DNA of 41,541 nt from a virus, in IMG/VR virus record IMGVR_UViG_3300045988_128501. One strand, 5' to 3'. Position numbers and translations under genes: made by a program. The notes beneath the pieces are model-generated. The model was not told the DNA's origin, did no database searches, and saw only the letters and a program-made list of their open reading frames with translations. This document shows positions 7,152-17,183 of this stretch, piece by piece; position 1 is the stretch's first letter, and the number at the start of each line of letters is the position of its first letter.

Positions 7152-7982
7152 TCAACCAAGCGTTACTTTTAGGACCGCCGCGCTTTCATACGGAACGGCA
7201 GGCTCAAAGACCCAGACATTGTAATCTATCGCGGTATATCCGCCTGCGCCATCAACCTGGATCGTGCTCTTGATGAATGTGCTGGTCACGTCTGCGTTGA
7301 GGGCCGTCTCGTTGATAACACGGGTCACGCCGGCGGCTGTAGCAACGCAAGCGATGGCGACTCTTTGCACTCCGGCGGGGACGTTTATCGTGATCGCTCC
7401 AGCTTGGTATGCCCTGTTGCTCTTGGTGAGGCCGCGAATGTATGCGCTGTCCAAGGTGGGCTTGTTCTGGGTTGCGCCGTAGAAATAGTTGCGATACGGG
7501 GAGTAGGCAGACGTCTGCTTGGACTTCGTCCCAGCCTGTATTGCGACTGGCGGGTTGCTGTCTCCACCGAGGTTATCGTGTGCGGTAACACCAGCTGTAT
7601 GATCGGCAGTTACCTGGTAGCGCAGAGAAGATACCACGCCATCCCCTCCGACGTCGCCGATAACGAATCCGTTTCCGTCGTTGTTGTCGGATCCCGCCGG
7701 AAGCTGCTGGGTCTGCACACTCACTACTTGCGTGTTGCCCAGGTTGGTCACTCTGGTTAACGTCCAGGATGTAACACTAACGCCGGTCTCGGGACCGTAC
7801 TGATAACTACCTGGACTGAGCGATGCGGCTGTGTAGCTCACGGACGGCAATCTTGTGCCCGCCTCAACGGCCCCGGCGCCGGTCAGCGCAAGCCCAGAGA
7901 TTGATGGCTGCGCGGTGATCGTCGGTTGGAGAGTAGCTGTAAGCATGTCTTTCAACACGGCAGTGAGGGTCATTCCCTTCAC
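7152..7982 (-). CDS. Hypothetical tail-region structural protein (276 aa)
   Basis: ORF in the same-strand structural cluster. Confidence 0.65.
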   Translation of the reverse strand: MKGMTLTAVLKDMLTATLQPTITAQPSISGLALTGAGAVEAGTRLPSVSYTAASLSPGSYQYGPETGVSVTSWTLTRVTNLGNTQVVSVQTQQLPAGSDNNDGNGFVIGDVGGDGVVSSLRYQVTADHTAGVTAHDNLGGDSNPPVAIQAGTKSKQTSAYSPYRNYFYGATQNKPTLDSAYIRGLTKSNRAYQAGAITINVPAGVQRVAIACVATAAGVTRVINETALNADVTSTFIKSTIQVDGAGGYTAIDYNVWVFEPAVPYESAAVLKVTLG

Positions 7983-7988
7983 AGCTTT

Positions 7989-8906
7989 TTACGCCGTCCC
8001 GTTCTGGGCCTTCGTCCAGTTGCCGACCTGCGTATAGTTCCCTGCCAGAGTTATATCCTCTGCCATAGTGACGTCATCCGTGGTGATCTCGCTAGGTGCT
8101 CCGCCACCGTCAACCCATACAGCAACCCCGCCAAGTGCCCCAAGTACCTTCCCGTTGTCCTGATCGGTTATCTCGGGGATCCCCTCGCCGGGTTCTCCCT
8201 TAATGTTGACCGGATCCGGATTTGGGAGTCCGCCATCGTTCGTCCAGCTCAGGTCTCCATCCGTGGAAACAGACGGGGTAAATGTCGCCCCATTCTCTCC
8301 GGGCGTGCCGTCCTTCCCGGGCGGCCCTTGAATATTGGAGCTCGGGACCTGCGGCATATCGCTTTCGCTGGGCGTCCAGGTCAGGGCCCCGGATGCGTCC
8401 ACGCTTGGCGTGTAGTATCCGCCGTCTTTTCCGGGGGCACCGCCTCCGCCGCCTCCAGTCGCATATACCTCGTTGATAGCTGCAACCAGTGACGCCTTAG
8501 TCTGTGTGTCTAATTCATCGAGATTGCCGATATCGGCAAGCAACTGCTCATAGACAGACGGAGTGGGAGGTTGGGCGCTCTCTCCAGGCTCCGTGCCCTG
8601 ATAGATTTGCCCAAGATTTGCGGACATGGTCGGAAGGACAATCTCTCCGTCTTTCGTCCCGTATACTCCGGCATAGAGGTACCGCCCTTTGGTCTGCATG
8701 ACCTCCCACGGGATAGTACACATGCCTGTGCTGTCCAGCAGAACGGAGACACGATAGTTACCAGCCCAAAACACGGCAGTCCGTTGCAGGCCGTTCCACT
8801 CGCTGTCAAAGACAAACTGGACGGGATAGACATTGACAGACCCGGAGGTTACCAACTCTTTCTGGAGGATTTCCAGGACATTTTTCTTCGCGAACAATTT
8901 GAACAT
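7989..8906 (-). CDS. Tail fibre/baseplate-associated protein with a short collagen-like stretch
   Basis: GPPGKDGTPGENG G-X-Y run. Overlapping stop/start with the upstream fibre gene. Confidence 0.7.
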   Translation of the reverse strand: MFKLFAKKNVLEILQKELVTSGSVNVYPVQFVFDSEWNGLQRTAVFWAGNYRVSVLLDSTGMCTIPWEVMQTKGRYLYAGVYGTKDGEIVLPTMSANLGQIYQGTEPGESAQPPTPSVYEQLLADIGNLDELDTQTKASLVAAINEVYATGGGGGGAPGKDGGYYTPSVDASGALTWTPSESDMPQVPSSNIQGPPGKDGTPGENGATFTPSVSTDGDLSWTNDGGLPNPDPVNIKGEPGEGIPEITDQDNGKVLGALGGVAVWVDGGGAPSEITTDDVTMAEDITLAGNYTQVGNWTKAQNGTA

Positions 8907-10159
8907 TAGGTAGAGCCTCCCTCGCTTTGGACAATGAATAGATTCATCGCCATGATTTCTGCCTTGAGTTCCGCTATTTCCGCTCGCATCTGCGATACCG
9001 TGACGGCATCCGTATCAGCTGTGCCGTCGGCAAGCCCCGTAATTCGGTTGCTCCCCATCTGTAGGTTCCCGGTCATCGGGACGATACCGGACGCCATGAA
9101 ATCGCCTGTACCTGTCCCGTTCTGGCCGTTATAGACCTGGAATGTGCCGCCGGTCTGCCCGTCGGTGAGGTATACGGTATAGGTATCCGTGGTGCCAGGT
9201 GCGCCGGTGCCGGACGTGCGCTCGATACGGTCCACACTCGCGCCGGTGGGGCCAACCTCACCCTGGATGCCCTGGGGGCCAATGACAGACCCAGCGTTGA
9301 TGGGATCCCCGGCAGAGAGGGTGATAACCAGGTCGCCGTCCTCGTTTACGGTTGCGTTGGTGACGCTCACACCCTGGGGTCCTGTTGCGCCAGTTTCACC
9401 GGTGTCGCCCTTGTCGCCCTGGATCCCCTGAGGTACTCCAATCACAAACAGCAAGTTCCCCTCGGGAGAGGTGGTTTTGGTCACGGTAACGGAGGACCCC
9501 GCCGGGAGCGTCTCCCCTTCCATGTCCATATTTTCGATGTAGGTCTTCGCCTGCTCTGCCTCTGCGGCCGCGCTCTCGGCATCGGAGGCGGAATTCGCAG
9601 CGGAGGACGCGGATGTCTCCGCCTCATTGCGGGCGGTCTCGGCATCTGTCTTTGCGTCGCCTGCCTGGGTCGCAGCTGTTTGTGCAGCAGTAGCACTCCC
9701 AGCGGCCTGGGTGGCTGCTGTTTTAGCCTGTCCGCTGGCTGTTTCGGCTGCCGTTTTCGCGGTCTCTGCGGCGGTCTGGGCAGCAACAGCGGCATCTTTA
9801 GCACTGGATGCCTGCCCCGCCGCTGTCTGCGCCTGCTCCACAGAGTCGCCGATGGTGCCGGCGGCGGCAACGGATTGGTCCCTCGCCGTTTCCGCTGCGT
9901 CCTGTGCATTTTCCGCCGCGGTTTGTGCCGCCGCTGCGCCCTGTCTGGCTGCCTCCGCCTGGGTGGCGGATTGGCTGGCCTGGGTTGCTGCGGTCTGGGC
10001 TGCTGTTACCTGAGACGCAACTGCATTTTGGGCGTACCCCTTGATAAGCCCCCCTTTGATGCTGGATGTGGTTGCATTTTGGGAGACAACGAGCAGATCA
10101 TCGTCCCCCATAGCAGAGGCTACCGGCAGATCGGTAATCGCCTTCGGTACATTAGCCAT
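8906..10159 (-). CDS. Tail fibre protein (Ala-rich coiled-coil repeats + collagen-like G-X-Y repeats)
   Basis: Long AAQTAA/AETA pseudo-repeats, GIQGDKGDTGETGATGPQG, and MTGNLQMGSNRITGLADGTADTDAVTVSQM. Confidence 0.8.
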   Translation of the reverse strand: MANVPKAITDLPVASAMGDDDLLVVSQNATTSSIKGGLIKGYAQNAVASQVTAAQTAATQASQSATQAEAARQGAAAAQTAAENAQDAAETARDQSVAAAGTIGDSVEQAQTAAGQASSAKDAAVAAQTAAETAKTAAETASGQAKTAATQAAGSATAAQTAATQAGDAKTDAETARNEAETSASSAANSASDAESAAAEAEQAKTYIENMDMEGETLPAGSSVTVTKTTSPEGNLLFVIGVPQGIQGDKGDTGETGATGPQGVSVTNATVNEDGDLVITLSAGDPINAGSVIGPQGIQGEVGPTGASVDRIERTSGTGAPGTTDTYTVYLTDGQTGGTFQVYNGQNGTGTGDFMASGIVPMTGNLQMGSNRITGLADGTADTDAVTVSQMRAEIAELKAEIMAMNLFIVQSEGGST

Positions 10160-10313
10160 CCTGTTTCACCTCCGCTGCGTCCTTCCCAGCCTCAGCATAG
10201 GCCATCCGGAGCAATTCCCTAGCTCGCGCCATGATCTCCACCTGTTCCCCAGATACGGGAATGGCGGAGATGTATTTAAACGCCTGGTCTAAATATTCCT
10301 GCACCTTCGTCAT
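10152..10313 (-). CDS. Small hypothetical protein (53 aa; below the ORF-track cutoff)
   Basis: ATG lies 2 nt after the upstream stop. Translates MTKVQEYLDQAFKYISAIPVSGEQVEIMARARELLRMAYAEAGKDAAEVKQDG. Its end overlaps the next start. Confidence 0.5.
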   Translation of the reverse strand: MTKVQEYLDQAFKYISAIPVSGEQVEIMARARELLRMAYAEAGKDAAEVKQDG

Positions 10314-10315
10314 AG

Positions 10316-11878
10316 TCAAGAAATCACTCCTTTGTCCTTTAGGGCTTCCTTTATTTTTTGTACCTGGTAGATCAGCAAAGGGATAAATTCTCCGTAGCGG
10401 ATTGCGTAGCGATATCCACTCTCTTTGGTTTCTTCATCGATTCCCCAGGATTTAATAAACGCCGCGAAGTCCCTCGTTGGGATGTTCAGTGATGCCAGCG
10501 TTTCTTCCAGGTCTTGCGCAATAATACCCATGTGGGTACGGTCGCTTTGCCCGTCGATGAATTTGAACGAAACCGGGCGCAGCGCGTCGAACACAGGAAG
10601 GAATCTTTCCAGCCCATATTCCACATCCTTTTTGAAATTTGCGTCAGATGTGTTTATGGTGGCGTTTTGGGAGTACACATCGCCCCACCGAATGGTGCTG
10701 CGACCGAGGGTTACAGACCCATCGGAACTGGGCGTCGGGGAGTTACTGAACGAAAAACGGCCAGTGGACGTTGTGCCAAACGAGCAGTTTGTGGTATCCA
10801 CCCACCAGTTACCGGCAGATGTCATGCGCATACCGCCACGGTTCGTAACGAATTCCAGACCGACGCCGGTGGTCGTGGATGTGATTTCGATGGAGCCCAC
10901 CGTGCTCCCTCCCGACGCCAACAGTTCCACCGTACCGCCGCGCAGTATGGATGCCTCCACGGTGCCGGTTTGGATTTTTGAGCCGTCAATGTATGTGGTG
11001 CCCCGGTAGCTCCAAGCCTCTACTTTTTCCTCTGCGTTATTGGCAGTGTTATTTGCTGCGTTGGCCAAGCTGTACGCGCTGTTTGCCGTGCTCTGCGCGT
11101 CGTTGATATCCCCTTGAACAGAGCTAGACAAGTCGGAAAATGTAATGGCCCCCGTGAGATTCAGGCGGTCCGCGTCAATCTGTCCAGTTTTGATACAGGC
11201 CCCATTGATGGTAGTTGTACCGGAGGACAAGCCGGTAAATGTAACGAGGCCGTCCATCTGAATGGTTTTGCTGGAAATGGTCACGTTTCCGGCCTTGAGA
11301 GATATCGTGGAAGACGTAGGACCGTTGGATACATCTAGGGTTATTGAGTCTACCTTGACGGAGATGCTGGATATCTGTCCCTCCAAATCCTCTGCGATAC
11401 CCTCTACTTGTAGGAGGATTTCGCTGGCGGACTTGGATATCATGGACCGAGTTCTGGCCAACTCCCGGTCGTACTGCCGACGCTCCAAGGATTCATAGGG
11501 ATACTCGTCGTCCACCTCATCCAGGTCAGGCGCGGATATCTCGGAATTGTACAGGCGAGAAAACGACATGTTTTCGTTAGCGACAACGGAATAGATCCCG
11601 CCAACGACAACGCCGTCCCCGATCTCCGCCGCCGGGTCCATCAGGGCCTCCCCCGCGGTGTATGGCTGGTACTCCACATTCTGCACAGCGGAAAGAATGG
11701 AGTTTGCCATAGCCTGGGACGCCCAGGCGCAGGTGACCTCCAGCGTTCTCCCCGTGTCATTCCCTGCGGTGTAATAGGTTTCGCTGTCTACACTGAGATT
11801 CACGCGAGAGATGTTGGACGGGATGTCCCCGATATCCAGGCTTCCCGCTCGTGACCCCAGAAAAATAGAATCAGACAA
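10316..11878 (-). CDS. Tail tip / receptor-binding protein with C-terminal intramolecular chaperone (peptidase S74-like) domain
   Basis: C-terminal TSDANFKKDV...HMGIIAQDLEE...YAIRYGEFIPLLIYQVQ is typical of the auto-cleaving tail-fibre chaperone domain. Confidence 0.8.
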   Translation of the reverse strand: MSDSIFLGSRAGSLDIGDIPSNISRVNLSVDSETYYTAGNDTGRTLEVTCAWASQAMANSILSAVQNVEYQPYTAGEALMDPAAEIGDGVVVGGIYSVVANENMSFSRLYNSEISAPDLDEVDDEYPYESLERRQYDRELARTRSMISKSASEILLQVEGIAEDLEGQISSISVKVDSITLDVSNGPTSSTISLKAGNVTISSKTIQMDGLVTFTGLSSGTTTINGACIKTGQIDADRLNLTGAITFSDLSSSVQGDINDAQSTANSAYSLANAANNTANNAEEKVEAWSYRGTTYIDGSKIQTGTVEASILRGGTVELLASGGSTVGSIEITSTTTGVGLEFVTNRGGMRMTSAGNWWVDTTNCSFGTTSTGRFSFSNSPTPSSDGSVTLGRSTIRWGDVYSQNATINTSDANFKKDVEYGLERFLPVFDALRPVSFKFIDGQSDRTHMGIIAQDLEETLASLNIPTRDFAAFIKSWGIDEETKESGYRYAIRYGEFIPLLIYQVQKIKEALKDKGVIS

Positions 11879-12572
11879 GGATCAACACCTCCCCCGCAAA
11901 CTGGATGGGCTGGCCATACTCCGTCACCAGGTACCCCGCTTGTTCCGGGATATCTCCAAACCGGATCAATCGCAGCTTTCCTTCGTCGGTGATGATCCAG
12001 TTGCCCGCGTCGGAAACGGCGATGAAGGACAGCGCCTCCCGCATGGTGAGGTCCCCTTCTTCGTCCACAGGATACTCAACGGGGAAATCGTCGGAGAGAA
12101 CCGTGCGGGGATCCACAGAAACACCCATGCGTTGGGCAATGTCCGCCACAGCGGTTTCCTGGGGCATGGGCCAGTTATCATACACATAATCCTCGTTGAG
12201 CCAGACGTTTTCTGCCTTGAGCATAGCGTCGTAGCCAGTTACCGTTAGGATGCCGGATACCTTATCCAGTTCCCGCGTGGAGAAAAAGAACACGCCCTTT
12301 GGGATCCATTCGCTGGCCCGCTCACCGACGCACACCCGGACGAAAACCTGAATTTGCGCTTGCCTCGGAATGGTTCCGATTGGAACGATCTCCATGTCGA
12401 TCTGCCGGGCGTTTACGTTCCCAATCCCTGGGGTGTCGAACAGCCCGCCGGAGATGGACAGGGAGACAATGTTTTGCTGGGTATACTCCTGCCCGGCGAT
12501 GTCCAATTTCAGCTCTGTCCAGTGACCTGGATCGGAAAAAATCTGGTTGTAAAGGTCGCTGGTCGTGTGCAT
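11871..12572 (-). CDS. Tail tip/baseplate protein (Dit/Tal-region)
   Basis: Position after the tape measure. Overlaps the downstream tail-tip gene. Confidence 0.65.
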   Translation of the reverse strand: MHTTSDLYNQIFSDPGHWTELKLDIAGQEYTQQNIVSLSISGGLFDTPGIGNVNARQIDMEIVPIGTIPRQAQIQVFVRVCVGERASEWIPKGVFFFSTRELDKVSGILTVTGYDAMLKAENVWLNEDYVYDNWPMPQETAVADIAQRMGVSVDPRTVLSDDFPVEYPVDEEGDLTMREALSFIAVSDAGNWIITDEGKLRLIRFGDIPEQAGYLVTEYGQPIQFAGEVLILV

Positions 12573-12576
12573 GGTA

Positions 12577-12933
12577 TCACCTCTCTACCAGAGTCATGGA
12601 ACCGCCCTCCACCCAGGTGATCCCAGATTCCACCTTCTCCTGGGTCATCTCCGGTCCCTCCACCCAGAACACTTTGGTTTTTTCTGTGCCGTCCAAGTCC
12701 AGGTAGGTCACCGTGGATGGCTGGGTAATAAGGTCGGCGATAGCATAGGCGTTTTCCGCCCGCATCCGGGCGAACTCCACGTCGAGCTGCACTTTTCGGA
12801 TGTTACTACGGTGCTCGATGCCATCCATGGTGACCACGCTGCTCTCCTGCCGGTAGATGGGAGATTGCGCGATTCCGCTCTCCGCCAGATAGCCGGAGAT
12901 GTCGGTGCCGTTAAGCACAAGTTTTGCTTTCAT
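12577..12933 (-). CDS. Small tail protein immediately downstream of the tape measure
   Basis: Position and coupling only. Confidence 0.6.
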   Translation of the reverse strand: MKAKLVLNGTDISGYLAESGIAQSPIYRQESSVVTMDGIEHRSNIRKVQLDVEFARMRAENAYAIADLITQPSTVTYLDLDGTEKTKVFWVEGPEMTQEKVESGITWVEGGSMTLVER

Positions 12934-12946
12934 GCACGCACCCCCC

Positions 12947-15900
12947 TTAGATCAGAGACGATTTCGCGGTCCGGCGGGCGTTTCCGTTCAGTGCCGCTCG
13001 CAGGTCGTTGAATGTAGCGCGGTAGAGTTCCTTGCCATTGATGACCAGCGGGATCTCCACCTGGTAAACCTCGCGGGTTGCAACCCCTCTAGGCACCGCC
13101 GCTGTCGCTGCTTGAAGCAGGGCGGATGGGGTGTTGGGGGAGGGGCGAGTGACGAGGGATGCACCGTACTCAAATTGAGACTGTACTTTCTTGATTGTCG
13201 CTGCGTTTGCAACAGAACGAGCCATGTTTTTAACAGACTTAACGGCATCATTTGCCGTGGAGTCAACGCCAACCACAACACCCTCCGTAATAGGTTTGCC
13301 GACTTTGTCTCTGAACTCTTTAGATGGAGAGTTAATACGGAGCTCGCTTCTTGCTGCCGCAAGCGCGTTGCGTGCCATTCGGCGAAGCTTATCATCTAAC
13401 GCATATACATTGATTGCTCCAGCGATTGCGTCGTTAATGGCGTAACCTATAACAGTGAAATCTCGAACCATTTGATATCCGATGCTTCTGGCGGTGTTTA
13501 TCATTTCGATCAATGCGTTATTCACGACATCGACAGTGGAATCTACGCCGCTCGCAACTTCGTTAGTTCCCTCAGCCCCTACGCCAGGGAAGTCGGCTGA
13601 CCCGACCGCAGAGTAAGCAGCGCTTTTTCCACCGAAGATAAGGTTTACCCAAGATTTCTCTACCGTTGGTTGAGAGGCATCGAGTCCACTTGCGTAACCA
13701 TATCCGGAATCCTGTCCAGGGTCAGGGAAACCGGCACTGGAAACCGCAGAATCCATTGTTGCTTTCCCCCCGTTAACGATTCCGGCAGCCTTTTCGTTGA
13801 CGTATGGAGCAGTACTGCCGAGACCATCTCCGAAGCCGGTTCCGCCAATTACACCAGATTGAGTGGTTTCCCCATCACTAATTTCCATCTGCATGGCGGC
13901 TTCCGCTCCGTCCGCCACAGCTGCGGCCGCCATGTTAACTTGACCGGAACTCGAAATCAGGCCATTTGAAAGCATGAAATCCCACGCATCACCGATCTGA
14001 GTAACATCGACACCAGGCATGAGTTCTTGCATCAACTGAAGGTATAGTTGCTGGGTTGCGCCAGTCAGTTGATATGCTCCTTCGTTCATGCCCACCCCCA
14101 TTTCTGCCGGAATTTGAATTCCGGATTCCCGGGCGATGTTCACTTGTTCGTCCAGCAGGCCCCTTTGTTGGTCAATTGCGTTGAGTATCCCCTGCCGCTG
14201 GGTTTCAGACATGGAGTCCCAACTTTCGGCGGCTAACGTGACCATATACTGATAATCAGACTGAATCTTAGCGATATTATCAAGTATAGCTTGGCTGTTA
14301 TCCCCGGTGGACTGTACCAAAGTATCAGACGTTATTGCGAGCGCATGATTTAATTTATCAGTTTCCCCAATGGTTGCGGACGCTGCTTCGTTGTACGCCT
14401 CCATGACATTATTTTGGTCTTTCCATGTACTCTCCGCAGTTCGAAGCGTTTCGGATGTCTGATTTAAAGCGTCCTTTGCCTCCATCAGTTCATGGTTGAC
14501 CCTGGAATAATCTGTCGCACTTGTGGTTTGATTCAAAACCTCTTGGAGCTTGTTCACTCTCTCCTGTGCAACGTTGTGATCACGCATAGCCTGAGTATAG
14601 TCCGTAAGCGCTTGCCGCTGATTTAACAAGGCTTCTTCATATGCAGGTTGCAGGGCGTTTAGGGTTGCCTCTTTTTGCCTTTGCCAGATCAATTCTTCAA
14701 TGGCATCCGAGACTTTGTAGACTGCGTCCGCCTCTTCCCCGGATGCCTCTACCGCCCCAGGGACCTTGCTATTGATGTAATCAGCGAGGTATGCGGCTCG
14801 CTCTTCGTACCCTTCCTTGACTTTCCCGTTGGCATCTGTTATTTTTTCGAGCTCAGTAACATACTGCTCAACAAGGCCCATTTCTGTCTGCATCGTCTCA
14901 ATGGACGCTCCGGCAGATTCTAACAGATTGTCGTATGCGTCCGCATGAGCGTTCACCTGATCTGTCGTTTCCTGGATTCTGGTTGCAAACTGTTCGGAAT
15001 AGTCTACATATTCTCCCTCACTGTTACAGAGTGTAACAATCGCCGCCGCAACACCGGCTGCCGCCGCACCCAGCAGAACAAACGGATTCGTAAGCGTCGC
15101 GAGAAGGCCCAGACTGGAAACCAGTTGTCCAATTTTGGACACAACCGAGGCAGCAGCAAGAACGCCGATTGCGGTAGCAACACCCGTAATGGCAGGGATA
15201 GCGATATCACTGCTCTCTGCAACATCCAGGAAACCGTTTACCAAGTTGGCCGCAAATTCTTTCACCTTTGCCACCATAGGAGACAGGGCATCTCCCGCTC
15301 GGGCCAGAGCATCATTTAAATCGCTAGACGCTTTGTTGGTTTCTACGATTGCAGAATTGGTGTTCCTCCATTCCTCCGCTGCCGAAACAAGACCTTGACG
15401 TGACAACTCCTTTAAGACCAGATTGGCTCTCTCTGTTTCGCTATTTGCGCTCTCTAGTGCAGCGTTAAACTCATCCTCGCTGGTACCCGCCCAATTGAGC
15501 ACGTCGGAAAATGTCCCGGTTGCCTTTGACACCCTAATTGTCTCATTTACGGATTCAGCTAAGGAATCGATTGGAATAGAATCCCCATAAGTCGCCCAAG
15601 CACCAATAGTCCCGTCTATCATTTTTGTCAAGTCCTCTTGTGAAAGACCTAACGCCTGTAGGTTAGACAGGGCCGTTGCGCTGGACTGCTCATCGCCAAG
15701 AACAGAGTAAAACTGCTGGTAGCTCTGCGCTGTCTGTTCGGCAGTGTAGCCAGCTTTCTGGCTAGACACTTCCAGAGATGCCATAATCCGGCGATACTCA
15801 GAGGTAGACTCCACAAGGTCTGCAATGCCGCTAACGACGGACTGAATCCCGTCGGAGAGCATATCCGCAGAGAACACATCTCCGAAAGCGCTGCTGGCCT

Positions 15901-16609
15901 CTTTGGCTTCATTCCCAGCATCATCCAGAGACCGGTCCAACTTGTCCGCCGCGTCAGCGGCGTCCTGCATGGCGCTCCGACTCTGTTTCAGTTCCGTGGA
16001 CAGCCTTTCGATCTGCGAAGCAAATTGTTTCGCCTCGGACGATCCGTCGCCAAACTCTAATACGGCATTGCTATATGCCTGTTTTAACCCCTTGAGGTCG
16101 CCCTCCTGCTGAGAGATCTTTTGACTCAGCCGGTCAAAGGCACTTACGGCCTGGGTAGTCTCCGTAGAAACGCCACCCATTTCAGCCTGGAGCCGGTTGA
16201 TTTCTGCGGTTGTATTGTTGATCTGGGTACCCAAATCATTGACAACCTTGTTTTGGCGGTTATAGGCATTGTTTGCCTTTGTCACCGCCATCACCATTTC
16301 GTCCTGGCTGGAATACTGCGCGTTTGCAGCATCTTCCGCCGCCTGAGCCAGCTCTTTTAATTTCGCGGACTGCCGGTCATACTGGCCATTCAATACAGAT
16401 AGCTTTTGTTTCTGTGCCTCCAGGGACCGGCCCAAAATATCAGACTGCTTTGCCGCCCGGGTTTCAGCGCTGTCCAGCCCAGACATAGAGGTGACGGCGG
16501 ACTTCATCTCACTTCTCAGGTTTTTGATCTGAGAATCTATCGCTTTCAGCGCGGACGAAAACTCTTTTTCTCCGTCAACGCCTACTCGGATAGATGCATC
16601 TGTTGCCAT
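12947..16609 (-). CDS. Tail tape measure protein (1220 aa)
   Basis: Size, coiled-coil-rich sequence, central hydrophobic segment, and position after the G/GT chaperones. Confidence 0.9.
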   Translation of the reverse strand: MATDASIRVGVDGEKEFSSALKAIDSQIKNLRSEMKSAVTSMSGLDSAETRAAKQSDILGRSLEAQKQKLSVLNGQYDRQSAKLKELAQAAEDAANAQYSSQDEMVMAVTKANNAYNRQNKVVNDLGTQINNTTAEINRLQAEMGGVSTETTQAVSAFDRLSQKISQQEGDLKGLKQAYSNAVLEFGDGSSEAKQFASQIERLSTELKQSRSAMQDAADAADKLDRSLDDAGNEAKEASSAFGDVFSADMLSDGIQSVVSGIADLVESTSEYRRIMASLEVSSQKAGYTAEQTAQSYQQFYSVLGDEQSSATALSNLQALGLSQEDLTKMIDGTIGAWATYGDSIPIDSLAESVNETIRVSKATGTFSDVLNWAGTSEDEFNAALESANSETERANLVLKELSRQGLVSAAEEWRNTNSAIVETNKASSDLNDALARAGDALSPMVAKVKEFAANLVNGFLDVAESSDIAIPAITGVATAIGVLAAASVVSKIGQLVSSLGLLATLTNPFVLLGAAAAGVAAAIVTLCNSEGEYVDYSEQFATRIQETTDQVNAHADAYDNLLESAGASIETMQTEMGLVEQYVTELEKITDANGKVKEGYEERAAYLADYINSKVPGAVEASGEEADAVYKVSDAIEELIWQRQKEATLNALQPAYEEALLNQRQALTDYTQAMRDHNVAQERVNKLQEVLNQTTSATDYSRVNHELMEAKDALNQTSETLRTAESTWKDQNNVMEAYNEAASATIGETDKLNHALAITSDTLVQSTGDNSQAILDNIAKIQSDYQYMVTLAAESWDSMSETQRQGILNAIDQQRGLLDEQVNIARESGIQIPAEMGVGMNEGAYQLTGATQQLYLQLMQELMPGVDVTQIGDAWDFMLSNGLISSSGQVNMAAAAVADGAEAAMQMEISDGETTQSGVIGGTGFGDGLGSTAPYVNEKAAGIVNGGKATMDSAVSSAGFPDPGQDSGYGYASGLDASQPTVEKSWVNLIFGGKSAAYSAVGSADFPGVGAEGTNEVASGVDSTVDVVNNALIEMINTARSIGYQMVRDFTVIGYAINDAIAGAINVYALDDKLRRMARNALAAARSELRINSPSKEFRDKVGKPITEGVVVGVDSTANDAVKSVKNMARSVANAATIKKVQSQFEYGASLVTRPSPNTPSALLQAATAAVPRGVATREVYQVEIPLVINGKELYRATFNDLRAALNGNARRTAKSSLI

Positions 16610-16620
16610 AAAATCACCTC

Positions 16621-17171
16621 CTACTTGAAACTTAACAGGCGCATAAACTCGTTTTCGTTGTCTTCAATCGTTAGTTTTCGTTTCGCTCCCTCGCTCTTTA
16701 TCTGCTGAATGGCAATGAAATCAAGCAATTCGCCAAAAGGCAAAACAAGTGTCTCACGCCTGGATAGCCCTGTTTTCATTCCATACCATAAAAGCCAGGC
16801 AGAGGTCAGCTTTCCTCCTGCCTGGCCTCTACGTTTTTTTCGGGCTCGACCTCTACCGTGGTCTTGCTCCCCTCCGTCACAACGGAGGAAAGGTCATCGA
16901 AAATTTGTTTGAAGTCATCAACCCCGATGCAAGAAAGGACTTCCTTCTCGGTAACGCGAGGCGGAACCTCCATACCGTTGTATTCGGCGTAGTCACTCCC
17001 GGCATTCATAACCTGAGTGAGAAACCACATAGCGTCAGCAGTTTTCCCGCTTAATACCTGCTGGAGCCCCTTGTCTGCATCACCGTACTTTTCCTCCAGG
17101 GCCACAACGACCCCGGAGGAAAAGCAAGCAAGGTGCTCTTTGCCTCGAAAGTTAACTTTAATCGTACGCAT
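16621..17171 (-). CDS. Tail assembly chaperone frameshift product (gpGT-like, -1 PRF at 16833-16839)
   Basis: The -1 frame is open from the slippery site to TAG at 16621-16623, which lies just before the tape measure RBS. The extension reads KKRRGQAGGKLTSAWLLWYGMKTGLSRRETLVLPFGELLDFIAIQQIK... Confidence 0.7.
16806..17171 (-). CDS. Tail assembly chaperone (gpG-like)
   Basis: Lies between the major tail and tape measure genes. Carries the slippery site A_AAA_AAC near its 3' end. Confidence 0.8.
   Translation of the reverse strand: MRTIKVNFRGKEHLACFSSGVVVALEEKYGDADKGLQQVLSGKTADAMWFLTQVMNAGSDYAEYNGMEVPPRVTEKEVLSCIGVDDFKQIFDDLSSVVTEGSKTTVEVEPEKNVEARQEES
16833..16839 (-). promoter_or_regulatory. 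Programmed -1 ribosomal frameshift heptamer A_AAA_AAC
   Basis: On the minus strand CCC GAA AAA AAC is in the zero frame of the gpG-like ORF. Confidence 0.7.
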
Positions 17172-17183
17172 AAAGCATCCTCC

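Noticed and set aside
8906-10159. Ala-rich and G-X-Y repeats as a DNA-level tandem repeat or CRISPR-like array
   Set aside because: The periodicity is at the protein level (coiled-coil and collagen-like) inside a continuous fibre ORF. There are no identical direct repeats separated by unique spacers.
4239-12572. Diversity-generating retroelement or other hypervariation system in the tail-fibre region
   Set aside because: No reverse transcriptase ORF exists anywhere in the window. No template/variable repeat pair was noticed near the fibre gene 3' ends.
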